From: Streptomyces sp. NPDC092296
GTDB taxonomy: Bacteria > Actinomycetota > Actinomycetes > Streptomycetales > Streptomycetaceae
NCBI RefSeq assembly: GCF_044755465.1
Contig: NZ_JBIVRB010000010.1
Coordinates: 27,517-91,516 of the forward strand
Direction: 5' to 3'
Length of the DNA stretch: 64,000 nucleotides
Position 1 is the first letter of the stretch; each line of letters starts with the position of its first letter. Made by a program: the position numbers and the translations under genes. Shown here piece after piece: positions 29,574 through 42,959 of the stretch. The notes beneath the pieces are model-generated. The model did no database searches, was not told the DNA's origin, and was given only the letters and a program-made list of their open reading frames with translations.

Positions 29574-30307
29574 AGCTTTCCCCCTCGGGAGTCCCGCCGG
29601 GCGGGGCAGATCAGGGTGGACAGATACGGCTGCGGGGCGCCGTCCAGCTCGGCGGCCGGGCGGATCGACTCCTCCGGCAGGCCCAGCGAGGAGCCCCACA
29701 CCGCGCCCTCGGTGCGGTCGGTCTCCCGCAGCGCGGCGGCGACCTCGGCGGCGATCCGGCCGAACTTGTACGCCACCACGGTGCCCGGCCCGGCCAGCGC
29801 CTGCCGCAGTACGGCGGCGCCGGCGGTTACCGGCACCAGGGTGAGCGGCTCGACGCCCTCCGCCAGCACGGTGCCGCTGCGCGCGGCCAGGTCCTGCATG
29901 GCGGTGATGCCGGGGACGGTCTCCACCACGGTGTCCGGGACGGCCTGCCGCACCGTCTGGGCCAGATAGGTGAAGGTCGAGTACACATTGGGGTCGCCGA
30001 TGGTGGCGAACGCCACGGTGCCGTCCTCGCCCGCCTCGCGCAGCAGCGCCGCGACCCGCTCCCCGGCGGCGTCCCAGGCCGCCTCGCGGCGGGCGCGGTC
30101 CTCCCGCTCGTTCAGCGCGAACACCACCCGGACGACCTTGCCCGGATCGGTGTGGTGCAGCACGGTGGCCTCGGCGCGGCCGACCTCGCCGCTGTCCATC
30201 ACCGGGACGACCACGGACCGCGCCTCGCGCAGCACCCGTACGCCCTTCACCGTGACCAGCTCCGGGTCGCCGGGACCCATGCCGACGCCGACCAGGCGGC
30301 GGCTCAC
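29570..30307 (-). CDS. cobI: Precorrin-2 C20-methyltransferase
   Basis: The 245-aa protein VSRRLVGVGMGPGDPELVTVKG... is a tetrapyrrole methylase and is first in the operon. A GTGA overlap joins it to the cobM start. Confidence 0.85.
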   Translation of the reverse strand: MSRRLVGVGMGPGDPELVTVKGVRVLREARSVVVPVMDSGEVGRAEATVLHHTDPGKVVRVVFALNEREDRARREAAWDAAGERVAALLREAGEDGTVAFATIGDPNVYSTFTYLAQTVRQAVPDTVVETVPGITAMQDLAARSGTVLAEGVEPLTLVPVTAGAAVLRQALAGPGTVVAYKFGRIAAEVAAALRETDRTEGAVWGSSLGLPEESIRPAAELDGAPQPYLSTLICPARRDSRGGKL

Positions 30308-30424
30308 GCGGACGGGCCGGGGTGGCGGCCGACGGGTCGGCCGGTGACGGGTCGGCCGGTGACGGCAGGCCGCGGCGGCGCGGCATGCGGAGAGCGCATG
30401 GCGGAAGTCCTCACTCGGGGTCCT

Positions 30425-30650
30425 CGCCCCGGTCGACGTGACGGCGGCCAGAGTCTCCTGGCTCCCGGATCAGCGCACCCCCGGGCCTTCCAACCGCACG
30501 TTCGCGGCCGTGGCCGACTCCCGCAGCGGGGCTGGTGGAGTCGGGGGTGCTCCCCGGTGACAGTGGCGGGACCGCGCCGGATTCGCACCGGACTTCCTCG
30601 TCAATGCCGCCGTGTATGGCCCGGAAATCCCATCACGCCCCCGGCCCCCA
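30425..30650 (-). promoter_or_regulatory. Cobalamin (B12) riboswitch upstream of cobI operon
   Basis: The reverse complement reads GGAAGTCCGGTGCGAATCCGGCGCGGTCCCGCCACTGTCACCGGGGAGC...GGGAGCCAGGAGACTCTGGCC. This matches the conserved B12-riboswitch core and B12 box (GCCACTG) as remembered from the Rfam cobalamin family. Confidence 0.8.
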
Positions 30651-31133
30651 GTCAACAAGCCCCCCTGTGGCGTACACCGCACCGCACCTGCACCGATGCC
30701 GCCGCGCCCCCGCCCCGGCCCGGCCTCCGCCCCGCTGCGGGGGCGGCCGGAGCGTAGGGAAAGGCAGGATCTCCGGTATTCCGGCTGTCCGGGCTGCGAT
30801 AACCGAATAAAAGGTACATAAATCGGGGCGCCCGGCGCGCTCGAACCCCAGAGCCGCCCGCAATCACGAGCGGATTCGCCGCCGCCAATTCGGGCCGCCG
30901 GGAGTAGCGTGTACCAGTGAGGGCGTCCCGCACGCCGGCCCACCGCCGGCGGCGTCCCCGACGCGCAGACACGCCGGGCGGTGCACACGCCCCGGGAACG
31001 GGTTCGCACCATGACCGTGGGCGGCATCCCCGCACGCAGACCGATTCTCTCCCTCCCCCTCCTCCCCGCTCCGCCGGGACACGGCGGTCCCTCCGCAGTG
31101 CTGCGGCACCGCCTCACGGGGCAGAAAGACCCC

Positions 31134-31358
31134 ATGGGCGATGCAGACGACGCAGAGCAGAGCCCGGTCGGAGCCATCGGCCGGGTGACCGTGCCGATCC
31201 CGGCGGACGGCCCGGGTGAGGTGCTGCTGCCGGTGCGCGGCGGGACGGAGGCGTACGCCGCCTGGTCCGACACGCCGATCGCCAAGCATGTACGGGTCAT
31301 CGTGGTGGACTCCACCTCGGCCCGCTCCGTCGTCGTCCAGCCCTTCCCCGCTCCCTGA
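31134..31358 (+). CDS. Small NfeD-like OB-fold protein (flotillin-associated), tentative
   Basis: The 74-aa protein MGDADDAEQSPVGAIGRVTVPIPADGPGEVLLPVRGGTEAYAAWSDTPIAKHVRVIVVDSTSARSVVVQP resembles the NfeD C-terminal beta-barrel. It lies immediately upstream of the flotillin gene. The track ORF 30981.. is longer and the start is uncertain. Confidence 0.4.
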   Translation: MGDADDAEQSPVGAIGRVTVPIPADGPGEVLLPVRGGTEAYAAWSDTPIAKHVRVIVVDSTSARSVVVQPFPAP

Positions 31359-31378
31359 TCTCGCGATAAGGAGCCCCT

Positions 31379-32623
31379 ATGTTGTTCTGGCATGTTCCCG
31401 CCCCCAATGAGGCGATGCTCATCTCCGGCTCCAAGCGGCAGGCCCAGGACACCCAGTTCAGGATCGTCACCGGGCACGGCAGTTTCGTCATGCCGATCAA
31501 GCAGAAGGCCCGCATGCTGTCGCTGGCGCTGCGCGAGGCGGAGATCACCGAGGACTGCGTCACCCAGCAGGGCATCCTGCTCAACGTCCGCGCCGTCACG
31601 GTGTTCAAGGTCGGCGACGACGTGGTGTCCATCGCCAACGCCGCCCGCCGCTTCCTGTCGGAGCAGAGCCGGATGGAGGAACTGGTCGGCCGCATCTTCG
31701 CGGGCCACCTCCGCTCCATCATCGGCGGACTCACCGTCGAGCAGATCATCCGGGAACGCGACCGGGTGGCCCAGGAGGTCAAGGAGGGCAGCCACAGCGA
31801 GATGGAGAAGCTGGGCATCGTCGTCGACGCGCTCCAGATCCAGGAGATCGAGGACGCCACCGGCTACATCGAGAACCTGGCGGCCCCGCACGCCGCCGCC
31901 GTCGCCAGCCAGGCCCGGATCGCGCGGGCCAGGGCCGACCAGGAGGCCACCGAGCGCGAGCAGCAGGCCGCCGCGCTGAAGGCCGCGTACGAGCGGGACA
32001 CGGCGATCAAGCGGGCCGGCTTCCTGGCCGAGACCGAGCGGTCCAACGCCCACGCCGCCCAGGCGGGCCCGCTGGCCCAGGCCAGGGCCTCCCAGGAGGT
32101 CATCGAGGAGCAGACCGCGCTCGCCGAGCGCCAGGCGTCGCTGGCCGCCCAGCGGCTGGAGGCCGAGGTCAGGCGCCCCGCCGACGCCGAGGCGTACCGG
32201 CAGCGCACCCTGGCCGAGGCCGCCCGTGACCGGGCCAAGTTCGAGGCCGACGGTGACGCCTACGCCCAGCGGACCCTCGCCCAGGCCGAGGCGGACGCCA
32301 ACAACGCCCGCGCCGCCTCGCTGCGGGACGGCAACCAGGAGCTCATCGCGGCCAACCGCATCGTGGAGAACCTCCCCGCCCTCGCCGACGCGGCCGCCCG
32401 GGGCATCTCCGGCTCCACGCTGACCGTGCTCAACGGCACCAGCGGCGTCAACGAGGTGGCGGCGGGCCTGGTCGGGCAGGCGATGGCCATCCTCGACGCC
32501 CTCAAGAAGACCCCGGCCGTCGGCTCGGGCCAGGCCTACCAGCAGCAGACCCAGAAGCCGGCCGAACAGGAACCCCAGCAACCCCAGGACTCCCAGGACA
32601 CCCAGGCACCCCAGGACACCTGA
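31379..32623 (+). CDS. SPFH/band-7 flotillin-like protein
   Basis: The 414-aa protein has an SPFH domain followed by a long Ala/Glu/Arg/Gln-rich coiled-coil region (EAEVRRPADAEAYRQRTLAEAARDRAKFEADGDAYAQRTLAQAEAD) and a Q/P-rich C-terminus. Confidence 0.85.
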   Translation: MLFWHVPAPNEAMLISGSKRQAQDTQFRIVTGHGSFVMPIKQKARMLSLALREAEITEDCVTQQGILLNVRAVTVFKVGDDVVSIANAARRFLSEQSRMEELVGRIFAGHLRSIIGGLTVEQIIRERDRVAQEVKEGSHSEMEKLGIVVDALQIQEIEDATGYIENLAAPHAAAVASQARIARARADQEATEREQQAAALKAAYERDTAIKRAGFLAETERSNAHAAQAGPLAQARASQEVIEEQTALAERQASLAAQRLEAEVRRPADAEAYRQRTLAEAARDRAKFEADGDAYAQRTLAQAEADANNARAASLRDGNQELIAANRIVENLPALADAAARGISGSTLTVLNGTSGVNEVAAGLVGQAMAILDALKKTPAVGSGQAYQQQTQKPAEQEPQQPQDSQDTQAPQDT

Positions 32624-32958
32624 CCCCCACCCTCCCCAGCCGTGCCCCCCGGTCCACCACCGGGGGGCACGGTGCGCGCAGCGGCGGATTCACGCCGGAC
32701 CGGAGCGTCCGCGAAATCCCCACGGCTCGCGGGCCCCGCCGTCCGGTACGCCTCGAATGTGCTGGGCCGGCTGAGCGGCCGGGGCGGGCGGTGCGGGAGG
32801 GGGCCGAATGTGTGGGGGGTTCACCCATACGGGTGTCTGATTCGGCCCGGTCGGAACCTGTATGGGCCCTGTGACGTCATTATCTCTCGGGTGCTGCGCC
32901 GAACCGCTGCGTCGGACGGACGCGCGGGGGCCGCCGCAGCCGGAGAGGCATTCAGGCG

Positions 32959-34197
32959 ATGCAGCTGACAAGCGGGGCGTTCTTCGCGCTCACCGTCGCG
33001 ACACTGGTGCTGCTCACCGTGCTGGTCATGGCGGTGTGGAATCGGATACCCGGCCCGCGTGCCGCCCGCTACGGGGGCCGGGTGGGGCTGCTGGTGCTCA
33101 ACCAGGCCGTGGCGGTGCTGGTGGCGCTGATCTGGCTCAACAACACGTACAGCTTCTACGAGAGCTGGGACGACCTGCTCGGCGACAACGGCGGACAGGT
33201 CGCCCTGGGCCAGGACGGCGGCCCGAGCGGGCCCCGGGCCACGGCGGCCCTCGCCGGGGTGTCCGCGGCCGGGCATCCGGCGCTCACCTTCACCACCTAC
33301 CGGCGGGACGTGCTCAGCGCCACGACGGTCGGCCCCCGGTCCCGGCTGCGCGGCGAGCTGTACGTCTGGCTGCCGCCGCAGTACAACCAGCCCGCCTACC
33401 GGGCCAAGGCGTTCCCCGTGGTGGAGCTGCTGCCCGGTCAGCCCGGCACGCCCCGGACCTGGTTCGGCACCATGGACGCGGACGAGAAGCTGGCCGGTCT
33501 GATCGCCCAGCAGCGGGTCCGCCCGTTCATCCTGGTGGCCGCGACCATGAACTACACCGGCACCACCGACACCGGCTGCGCCGACATCCCGAACGGCCCC
33601 AAGGTGGACACCTGGCTGGCCGACGACGTCCCCTGGCTGATCGAACACAGCCTGCGCGCCGCACCCGGGGCACGGCACTGGGCGGTGATGGGCTACTCGG
33701 CCGGTGCTTACTGCGCGGTCAACCTGACGGTCAAGCACCCCGCCGTCTTCCACGCCGCCGTCAGCCTCTCCGGCTACAACGCCGCCGAGTCGCCGTTCGT
33801 CGTCCGCGATCCCGCGCTGCGCGCCGCCAACAGCCCGCTGGAGCGGCTGCGCAAGATGAATGTCCAACCCGACATCGCGCTGCTGATGGCCGGGAGCCTC
33901 CAGGACGGCAACACGGTCGCGGACGGCCGCGCGCTGCTCGCCGTGCTGGCCCGCCCGGCGCACGGCACCACGCTGACGGTGGCCCGTGGCGGCCACAACC
34001 TCGCGGTGTGGGAGGCCATGCTGCCCACCGCCTTCCAGTGGCTGACCGCCAACGTCGGGGGCCCGGTCGCCGTACGGCCCGCGACCGCCACCTCACACAC
34101 CACCACCTCACACACCGCCACCCCCGGTGGGAACGTCCTCCGCCGGCAGATCCACGCCGCCATCCTCCCCAGCCGGACCACGCCACCCGGGTCCTAG
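32959..34197 (+). CDS. Membrane-anchored putative esterase (esterase-D / mycolyltransferase-like alpha/beta hydrolase)
   Basis: The 412-aa protein has an N-terminal TM segment and a GYSAGAY nucleophile elbow. Confidence 0.7.
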   Translation: MQLTSGAFFALTVATLVLLTVLVMAVWNRIPGPRAARYGGRVGLLVLNQAVAVLVALIWLNNTYSFYESWDDLLGDNGGQVALGQDGGPSGPRATAALAGVSAAGHPALTFTTYRRDVLSATTVGPRSRLRGELYVWLPPQYNQPAYRAKAFPVVELLPGQPGTPRTWFGTMDADEKLAGLIAQQRVRPFILVAATMNYTGTTDTGCADIPNGPKVDTWLADDVPWLIEHSLRAAPGARHWAVMGYSAGAYCAVNLTVKHPAVFHAAVSLSGYNAAESPFVVRDPALRAANSPLERLRKMNVQPDIALLMAGSLQDGNTVADGRALLAVLARPAHGTTLTVARGGHNLAVWEAMLPTAFQWLTANVGGPVAVRPATATSHTTTSHTATPGGNVLRRQIHAAILPSRTTPPGS

Positions 34198-34258
34198 CCC
34201 GTCACCACCCGGCCGTCGGCGGGGGCGGTGGCGACGGGCTAGGACCCGGTGGTCAACC
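34188..34258. terminator. Long near-perfect hairpin after esterase gene
   Basis: The stem cgggtcctagcccgtcaccacc pairs with ggtggcgacgggctaggacccg across a 17-nt loop, with one mismatch. Confidence 0.6.
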
Positions 34259-34502
34259 GCCGGAGGTGCCCCGCACGAGCTGGTCGGCGGCCAGGCTGGT
34301 GGTCCGGGCCGTGATGGTCGCGCGCAGCCGGTCGGCGGCGGTGGCGATGCCGGACTTGTCGGCGCGTTGACACCGGATGGACGGCGGACGTACGCGGCAG
34401 GAACGGGCCGTCAGCTCCGCCCGGCCGTGCGGCCGTCGGGAGTGTCAGTGGGTCGAGCTAGGGTTCCCGCAATCGACGCCGTATCGACCCAGAGGAACAG
34501 CT

Positions 34503-35078
34503 GTGCTCTCGTCACCTGGCCGCCGGGCCACCCGGTGGACCGCGCCCGCCGTGGTCATCGCCGCGCTGGCCGCGCTCACGGCCTGCTCCTTCGCCGCGCA
34601 GGGACCGGCGGCGGGCCCGGCCGACTGCGCTGCGAGCCCCGCCGGCCCGACCTGCGCCCCGGCGGCCCTGGCCCCCACCTCGGCCGCCCCGTCCCCGACC
34701 GCCCCCACCTCAGCCGCAGCCGCCCCCGCCTCGGCCACTCCCAGCACGGCCGCCCTCGCCACGGCCGCACCGAGCCCGACCCGCAGTACGGCCGCCGCGA
34801 AGCCGAAGCACACCCCGGTCGCCCCGGCGCAGCACAAGCCGGACCCCGGCACCCGGCCCAAGAGCAGCGGCAGCGGCGGCGGCAGCAAGAGCTCCGGCTC
34901 GTCCGGCATCGACCAGAACCCCAACAACGGCAAGCATCCCGTCCCCGCGCCGCCCCGGCCCAGCCCCAAGCCGGAGTGGACCCCGTGGCGGCCGGGCCCC
35001 GGCGACGTCGTCCCGCAGCCCGCGCCGCCGGTCGAGCCCGACGAGCCGTACACCCCCGACACCGCCCCGGCGGGCTGA
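34503..35078 (+). CDS. Putative lipoprotein, Pro/Ala/Ser-rich low complexity
   Basis: GTG at 34503 (SD AGAGGAA) gives VLSSPGRRATRWTAPAVVIAALAALTAC.. with a lipobox LTAC. The mature part is low complexity (PSPTAPTSAAAAPASATPS..GSGGGSKSSGSSG). Confidence 0.5.
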   Translation: MLSSPGRRATRWTAPAVVIAALAALTACSFAAQGPAAGPADCAASPAGPTCAPAALAPTSAAPSPTAPTSAAAAPASATPSTAALATAAPSPTRSTAAAKPKHTPVAPAQHKPDPGTRPKSSGSGGGSKSSGSSGIDQNPNNGKHPVPAPPRPSPKPEWTPWRPGPGDVVPQPAPPVEPDEPYTPDTAPAG

Positions 35079-35086
35079 CCGCCCGG

Positions 35087-36466
35087 CTAGCGGCCGGGGC
35101 GGGCCGCCGCCGCGCGGGCCAGGCGCAGCGGCAGGGTGGGGGCGCCCGCCCAGTGCAGGTGGAGGTAGGAGGCGTGCACCGAGCCGTGGGTGAAGCCGTC
35201 GGTGCGGGGGCCGGCCGGGGTGCGCCAGGCCCAGGCGGGCCGGTCGCCCGCGCCCGGTTCGCAGGCCGTGCGGTGGAACTCATGGCCGCGCACCCGGGTC
35301 CCCGCCGCCGCCAGCGGGCTGTCGTGCAGCGCCACCGCCTCCCGGTAGCCCAGGGTCAGCCGCTCGGTCATCCGGGCGTCGCCGTCCAGCACCCCGCACA
35401 TCGGGCGGCCGTCCAGCGTACGCAGCAGATACAGCAGCCCGGCGCACTCCGCCGCGACCGGCGCCCCCGACCCGGCCAGGCCCGCGACCGCCGCCCGCAG
35501 CGCGCCGTTGGCGGACAGCTCGCCCGCGTACACCTCCGGGAAGCCGCCGCCGACCACCAGGCCCGCCGTGCGCTCCGGCAGCCGCTCGTCCCGCAGCGGG
35601 TCGAACGGGACGACCTCCGCCCCGGCCGCCGCCAGCAGCTCGGCGTGCTCCGCGTACGAGAAGGAGAACGCCGCGCCGGACGCCACCGCGATCCGGGGCC
35701 GCCCGGCCACCGGCCCGCCCAGCGCCGCGATCTCGGCCGCCGGGTCCCACGGCCGGTCCGGCAGCGGGGGAGCGGAGCGGGCCAGCGCCAGCACCCCGTC
35801 CAGGTCCACCCCGGCGCCGACCAGCGCGCCCATGTCCCGTACCGCCCGGACCGCCGCCTCGTCCCGCTCCACCGCCGGGACCAGGCCCAGGTGCCGGGAC
35901 GGCGTCGCCACCGCGTCGCTGCGCCGCACCGCACCCAGCACCGGCACGCCGGAGCCCTCCTCCAGCGCCTCGCGCAGCAGCTGCTCATGCCGGTCGGAGG
36001 CGACCCGGTTGAGGATCACCCCGCCGATCCGCACCTGCGGGTCCCAGGAGGCGAAGCCGTGCACCAGCGCGGCCACCGACCGGCTCTGCGCCGAGGCGTC
36101 CACCACCAGCACCACCGGTGCCCGCAGCACCTTGGCGACCTGCGCGGTGGAGGCCAGCTCGCCGCGCCCCGCCGCGCCGTCGAACAGCCCCATCACGCCC
36201 TCGACCACGGCCACGTCCGCCCCGGCCGCGCCGTGCAGCAGCAGCGGCGCGACCTGCTCGGGCCCGCACAGGAAGGCGTCCAGATTCCGCCCCGGGCGGC
36301 CGGTGGCCAGGGCGTGGTAGCCCGGGTCGATGTAGTCCGGGCCGACCTTGTGCGGTGAGACGGCCAGGCCCCGGGCGGCCAGCGCCGCCATCAGCCCGGT
36401 GGCGACGGTGGTCTTGCCGGAGCCGGAGGAGGGGGCCGCCAGGACCAGCCGGGGGACGGTCAGCAC
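35087..36466 (-). CDS. cobB: Cobyrinic acid a,c-diamide synthase
   Basis: The 459-aa protein MLTVPRLVLAAPSSGSGKTTVATGLMAAL.. has a CobB/CbiA N-terminal ATPase domain and a C-terminal glutamine amidotransferase domain. Confidence 0.85.
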   Translation of the reverse strand: MLTVPRLVLAAPSSGSGKTTVATGLMAALAARGLAVSPHKVGPDYIDPGYHALATGRPGRNLDAFLCGPEQVAPLLLHGAAGADVAVVEGVMGLFDGAAGRGELASTAQVAKVLRAPVVLVVDASAQSRSVAALVHGFASWDPQVRIGGVILNRVASDRHEQLLREALEEGSGVPVLGAVRRSDAVATPSRHLGLVPAVERDEAAVRAVRDMGALVGAGVDLDGVLALARSAPPLPDRPWDPAAEIAALGGPVAGRPRIAVASGAAFSFSYAEHAELLAAAGAEVVPFDPLRDERLPERTAGLVVGGGFPEVYAGELSANGALRAAVAGLAGSGAPVAAECAGLLYLLRTLDGRPMCGVLDGDARMTERLTLGYREAVALHDSPLAAAGTRVRGHEFHRTACEPGAGDRPAWAWRTPAGPRTDGFTHGSVHASYLHLHWAGAPTLPLRLARAAAARPGR

Positions 36467-36470
36467 CGGC

Positions 36471-37067
36471 TCACCACTCGATGCCGCGCTGGCCCTTGCG
36501 GCCCTCGTCCATCGGGTGCTTGACCTTGGTCATCTCGGTGACCAGGTCGGCGGCGTTCAGCAGCGGCTGCGGGGCGTACCGGCCGGTGATCACCACATGC
36601 TGCGCGCCGGGCCGCTCCCGCAGCACCGAGACGACCTCGTCGGTGTCCACCCAGCCCCAGTGCATCGGGTAGGTGAACTCGTCCAGTACGTACAGCCGGT
36701 ATGTCTCGGCGGCCAGGTCGCGCTTGACCTGCTCCCAGCCCTCCCGGGCCGCCTCCTCGCTGGTCTCCAGGTCGCGCTGCACCCAGGACCAGCCCTCGCC
36801 CATCTTGTGCCAGCTGACCGGGCCGCCCTCGCCGGAGGCGCCGAGCACGCGCAGGGCGCGCTCCTCGCCCACCTTCCACTTGGCGGACTTGACGAACTGG
36901 AACACCCCGATCGGCCAGCCCTGGTTCCAGCCGCGCAGCGCCAGGCCGAACGCGGCGGTGGACTTGCCCTTGCCGGGGCCGGTGTGCACGGCGAGCACCG
37001 GCTGATTGCGGCGCTGACGGGTCGTCAGGCCGTCGTCGGGTACGGTGGTCGGCTGTCCCTGCGGCAT
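36471..37067 (-). CDS. cobO: Cob(I)yrinic acid a,c-diamide adenosyltransferase
   Basis: The 198-aa protein has a P-loop (VHTGPGKGKSTAAFGLALR) and the BtuR/CobO family fold. Confidence 0.85.
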   Translation of the reverse strand: MPQGQPTTVPDDGLTTRQRRNQPVLAVHTGPGKGKSTAAFGLALRGWNQGWPIGVFQFVKSAKWKVGEERALRVLGASGEGGPVSWHKMGEGWSWVQRDLETSEEAAREGWEQVKRDLAAETYRLYVLDEFTYPMHWGWVDTDEVVSVLRERPGAQHVVITGRYAPQPLLNAADLVTEMTKVKHPMDEGRKGQRGIEW

Positions 37068-37071
37068 GGCG

Positions 37072-39173
37072 TTACGCGGCCTTCCTGCTCGAAGCGGCCG
37101 GATGCCCGGCCCGGGTGTCGCGGACCAGCGCGGCCACGCCCTCGGCCCGCAGCTCCTCCAGCGTGACGGCGGGCCCGCCCAGGTCGGCGGCGAGCGAGGC
37201 CGCCAGGCCGAGCCGCACCGGGCCGGACTCGCAGTCCAGCACCACGGCGGCGATGCCCTGCGCGGCCAGCAGCCCGGCCGCCCGGCGGGCGTCGCCCAGC
37301 GGGTCCTTGCCGCCGGTGGCCCGGCCGTCGGTCACCACCACCAGCAGCGGCCGGCGGTGCGGATCGCGCAGCCGCTCCAGCCGCAGCACCTCATGGGCGC
37401 GCAGCAGCCCGGCGGCCAGCGGGGTCCGGCCGCCGGTGGGCAGCCGCTCCAGCCGGGCCGCGCCGACCTCCACCGAGGACGTCGGCGGCAGCGCCAGCTC
37501 GGCGCCGGAGCCCCGGAAGGTGACCAGGCCGACCTTGTCCCGGCGCTGGTAGGCATCCATCAGCAGCGACAGCACCGCGCCCTTGACGGCGGTCATCCGC
37601 TGCCGGGCCGCCATCGACCCGGAGGCGTCCACCACGAAGAGCACGAGGTTGGACTCATGCCCCTCCAGCACCTTCTCCCGGAAGTCGTCCCGGCGCAGCA
37701 CCAGCGCCCGGCCGCTGCGGCCCCGGTCCCGCTGGTGGGGCGCCGCCGCCTGCACGGTGGCGGCCAGGTGCAGCCGCCCCAGCGCCCCGGCGGGCCGCCG
37801 GGCCCGCACGGTGTGCCCGCCGTCGGTCTCGGCGCGGGAGCGGCGGCCCTGGGTGCCCCGGCCGAGGCCGGGCACCTTCAGCACCCGGGTCCGGTACGGC
37901 TCCCCGGCGGCCACCGGCGCCGCCTCCTGCGGCGCCCGGCCGGGGCCCTGGGCGCCCTCGGTGCCCTCGCCGCCCGCAGCGGGGGCCTGGGCCGGGCCGT
38001 CGGCGGGGGAGTCGGCGGAGTCGCCCGGTCCGCCGTCCTGCGGTGCGCCGTCCTGACCGCCGCCACCCCCGCCGCCACCCCCGCCGCCGTCAGGGCCCCC
38101 GTCCGGGCCGTCGGGGTTGTCCGGGCCGTCGGGGTCCGGCTGGTCGTCCGAGTCGTCCGGCCCGGCGTACTGCTGGAGCGTCTCGTCCAGCTTCTCGTCG
38201 TCCAGACCGGGCGCGTCGAACGGGTTGCGCCGCCGCCGGTGCGGCAGCGCCAGCTGCGCCGCGGTACGGACATCCTCCGCGATCACCCGGGTGCGGCCCG
38301 CCCAGGCGGCCAGCGCCACGGCGGTACGGGCCATCACGATGTCGGCCCGCAGCCCGTCCACCTCGAACGCCGCGCAGACGGCGGTGATCTGGCGCAGCGC
38401 CGCGTCCGAGAGCACCACCTCCGGCAGCAGCGCTCGGGCGGCGGCGATCCGGTCCGCGAGCGCCCGCTCGTCGTCGGCCCAGCGCGCGGCGAAGCCCGCC
38501 GGGTCGGCGTCGTACGCCAGCCGCCGCCGCACCACCTCGGCCCGGGGCTCCGGCTCCCGGGTGGCGGCGATCTCCACCGTCAGCCCGAACCGGTCGAGCA
38601 GCTGCGGCCGCAGCTCGCCCTCTTCCGGGTTCATGGTGCCGACCAGCAGGAAGCGGGCGGCGTGCCGTACCGAGACGCCCTCCCGCTCCACGTACGAGCG
38701 GCCCATCGCGGCGGCGTCCAGCAGCAGGTCGACCAGGTGGTCGTGGAGCAGGTTGACCTCGTCGATGTAGAGCACGCCCCGGTGCGCCCGCGCCAGCAGG
38801 CCCGGCTCATACGCCTTGACGCCCTCGGACAGCGCCCGCTCCAGGTCCAGCGACCCGACGATGCGGTCCTCGGAGACGCCCACCGGCAGCTCCACCAGGT
38901 TGGCCGGCCGCTCCTCGGCGGCGGTGGCGGTCCGGTGCGGCCCGTCCGGGCAGTGCGGGTCGGGCGCGGCCGGGTCGCAGGCGAACCGGCAGCCCGCCAC
39001 CACGTCGATCGACGGCAGCAGCGAGGCCAGCGCCCGCACCGCCGTCGACTTGGCGGTGCCCTTCTCGCCGCGCACCAGCACCCCGCCCACGGCCGGGCTC
39101 ACCGCGTTGAGCAGCAGCGCCAGCCGCAGGTCGTCCATGCCGACGATCGCGGTGAACGGATACCTCGCGTCGC

Positions 39174-39177
<4 letters not shown>
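37072..39177 (-). CDS. ChlI-ChlD-like AAA+/VWA fusion protein (CobN-dependent cobaltochelatase accessory subunits)
   Basis: The 701-aa protein has an N-terminal AAA+ Mg-chelatase ChlI-like region (VLVRGEKGTAKST). The middle is acidic and Gly-rich (DDSDDQPDPDGPDNPDGPDGGPDGGGGGGGGGGGQDG). The C-terminal half is a VWA domain (LVLFVVDASGSM). ATGA overlap with the cobN stop. Confidence 0.8.

Positions 39178-42955
<3,778 letters not shown>

Positions 42956-42959
<4 letters not shown>

Noticed and set aside
30152-30757. Plus-strand ORF 30152..30757 reading through the riboswitch region
   Set aside because: The sequence is a textbook cobalamin riboswitch on the opposite strand. Its translation has no protein-like features.
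30981-31133. N-terminal extension of the small NfeD-like ORF (MHTPRERVRTMTVGG...)
   Set aside because: The extension is Pro/Arg-rich with no TM helices or SD. The OB-fold-like part starts at the internal ATG at 31134, and even that call is low confidence.
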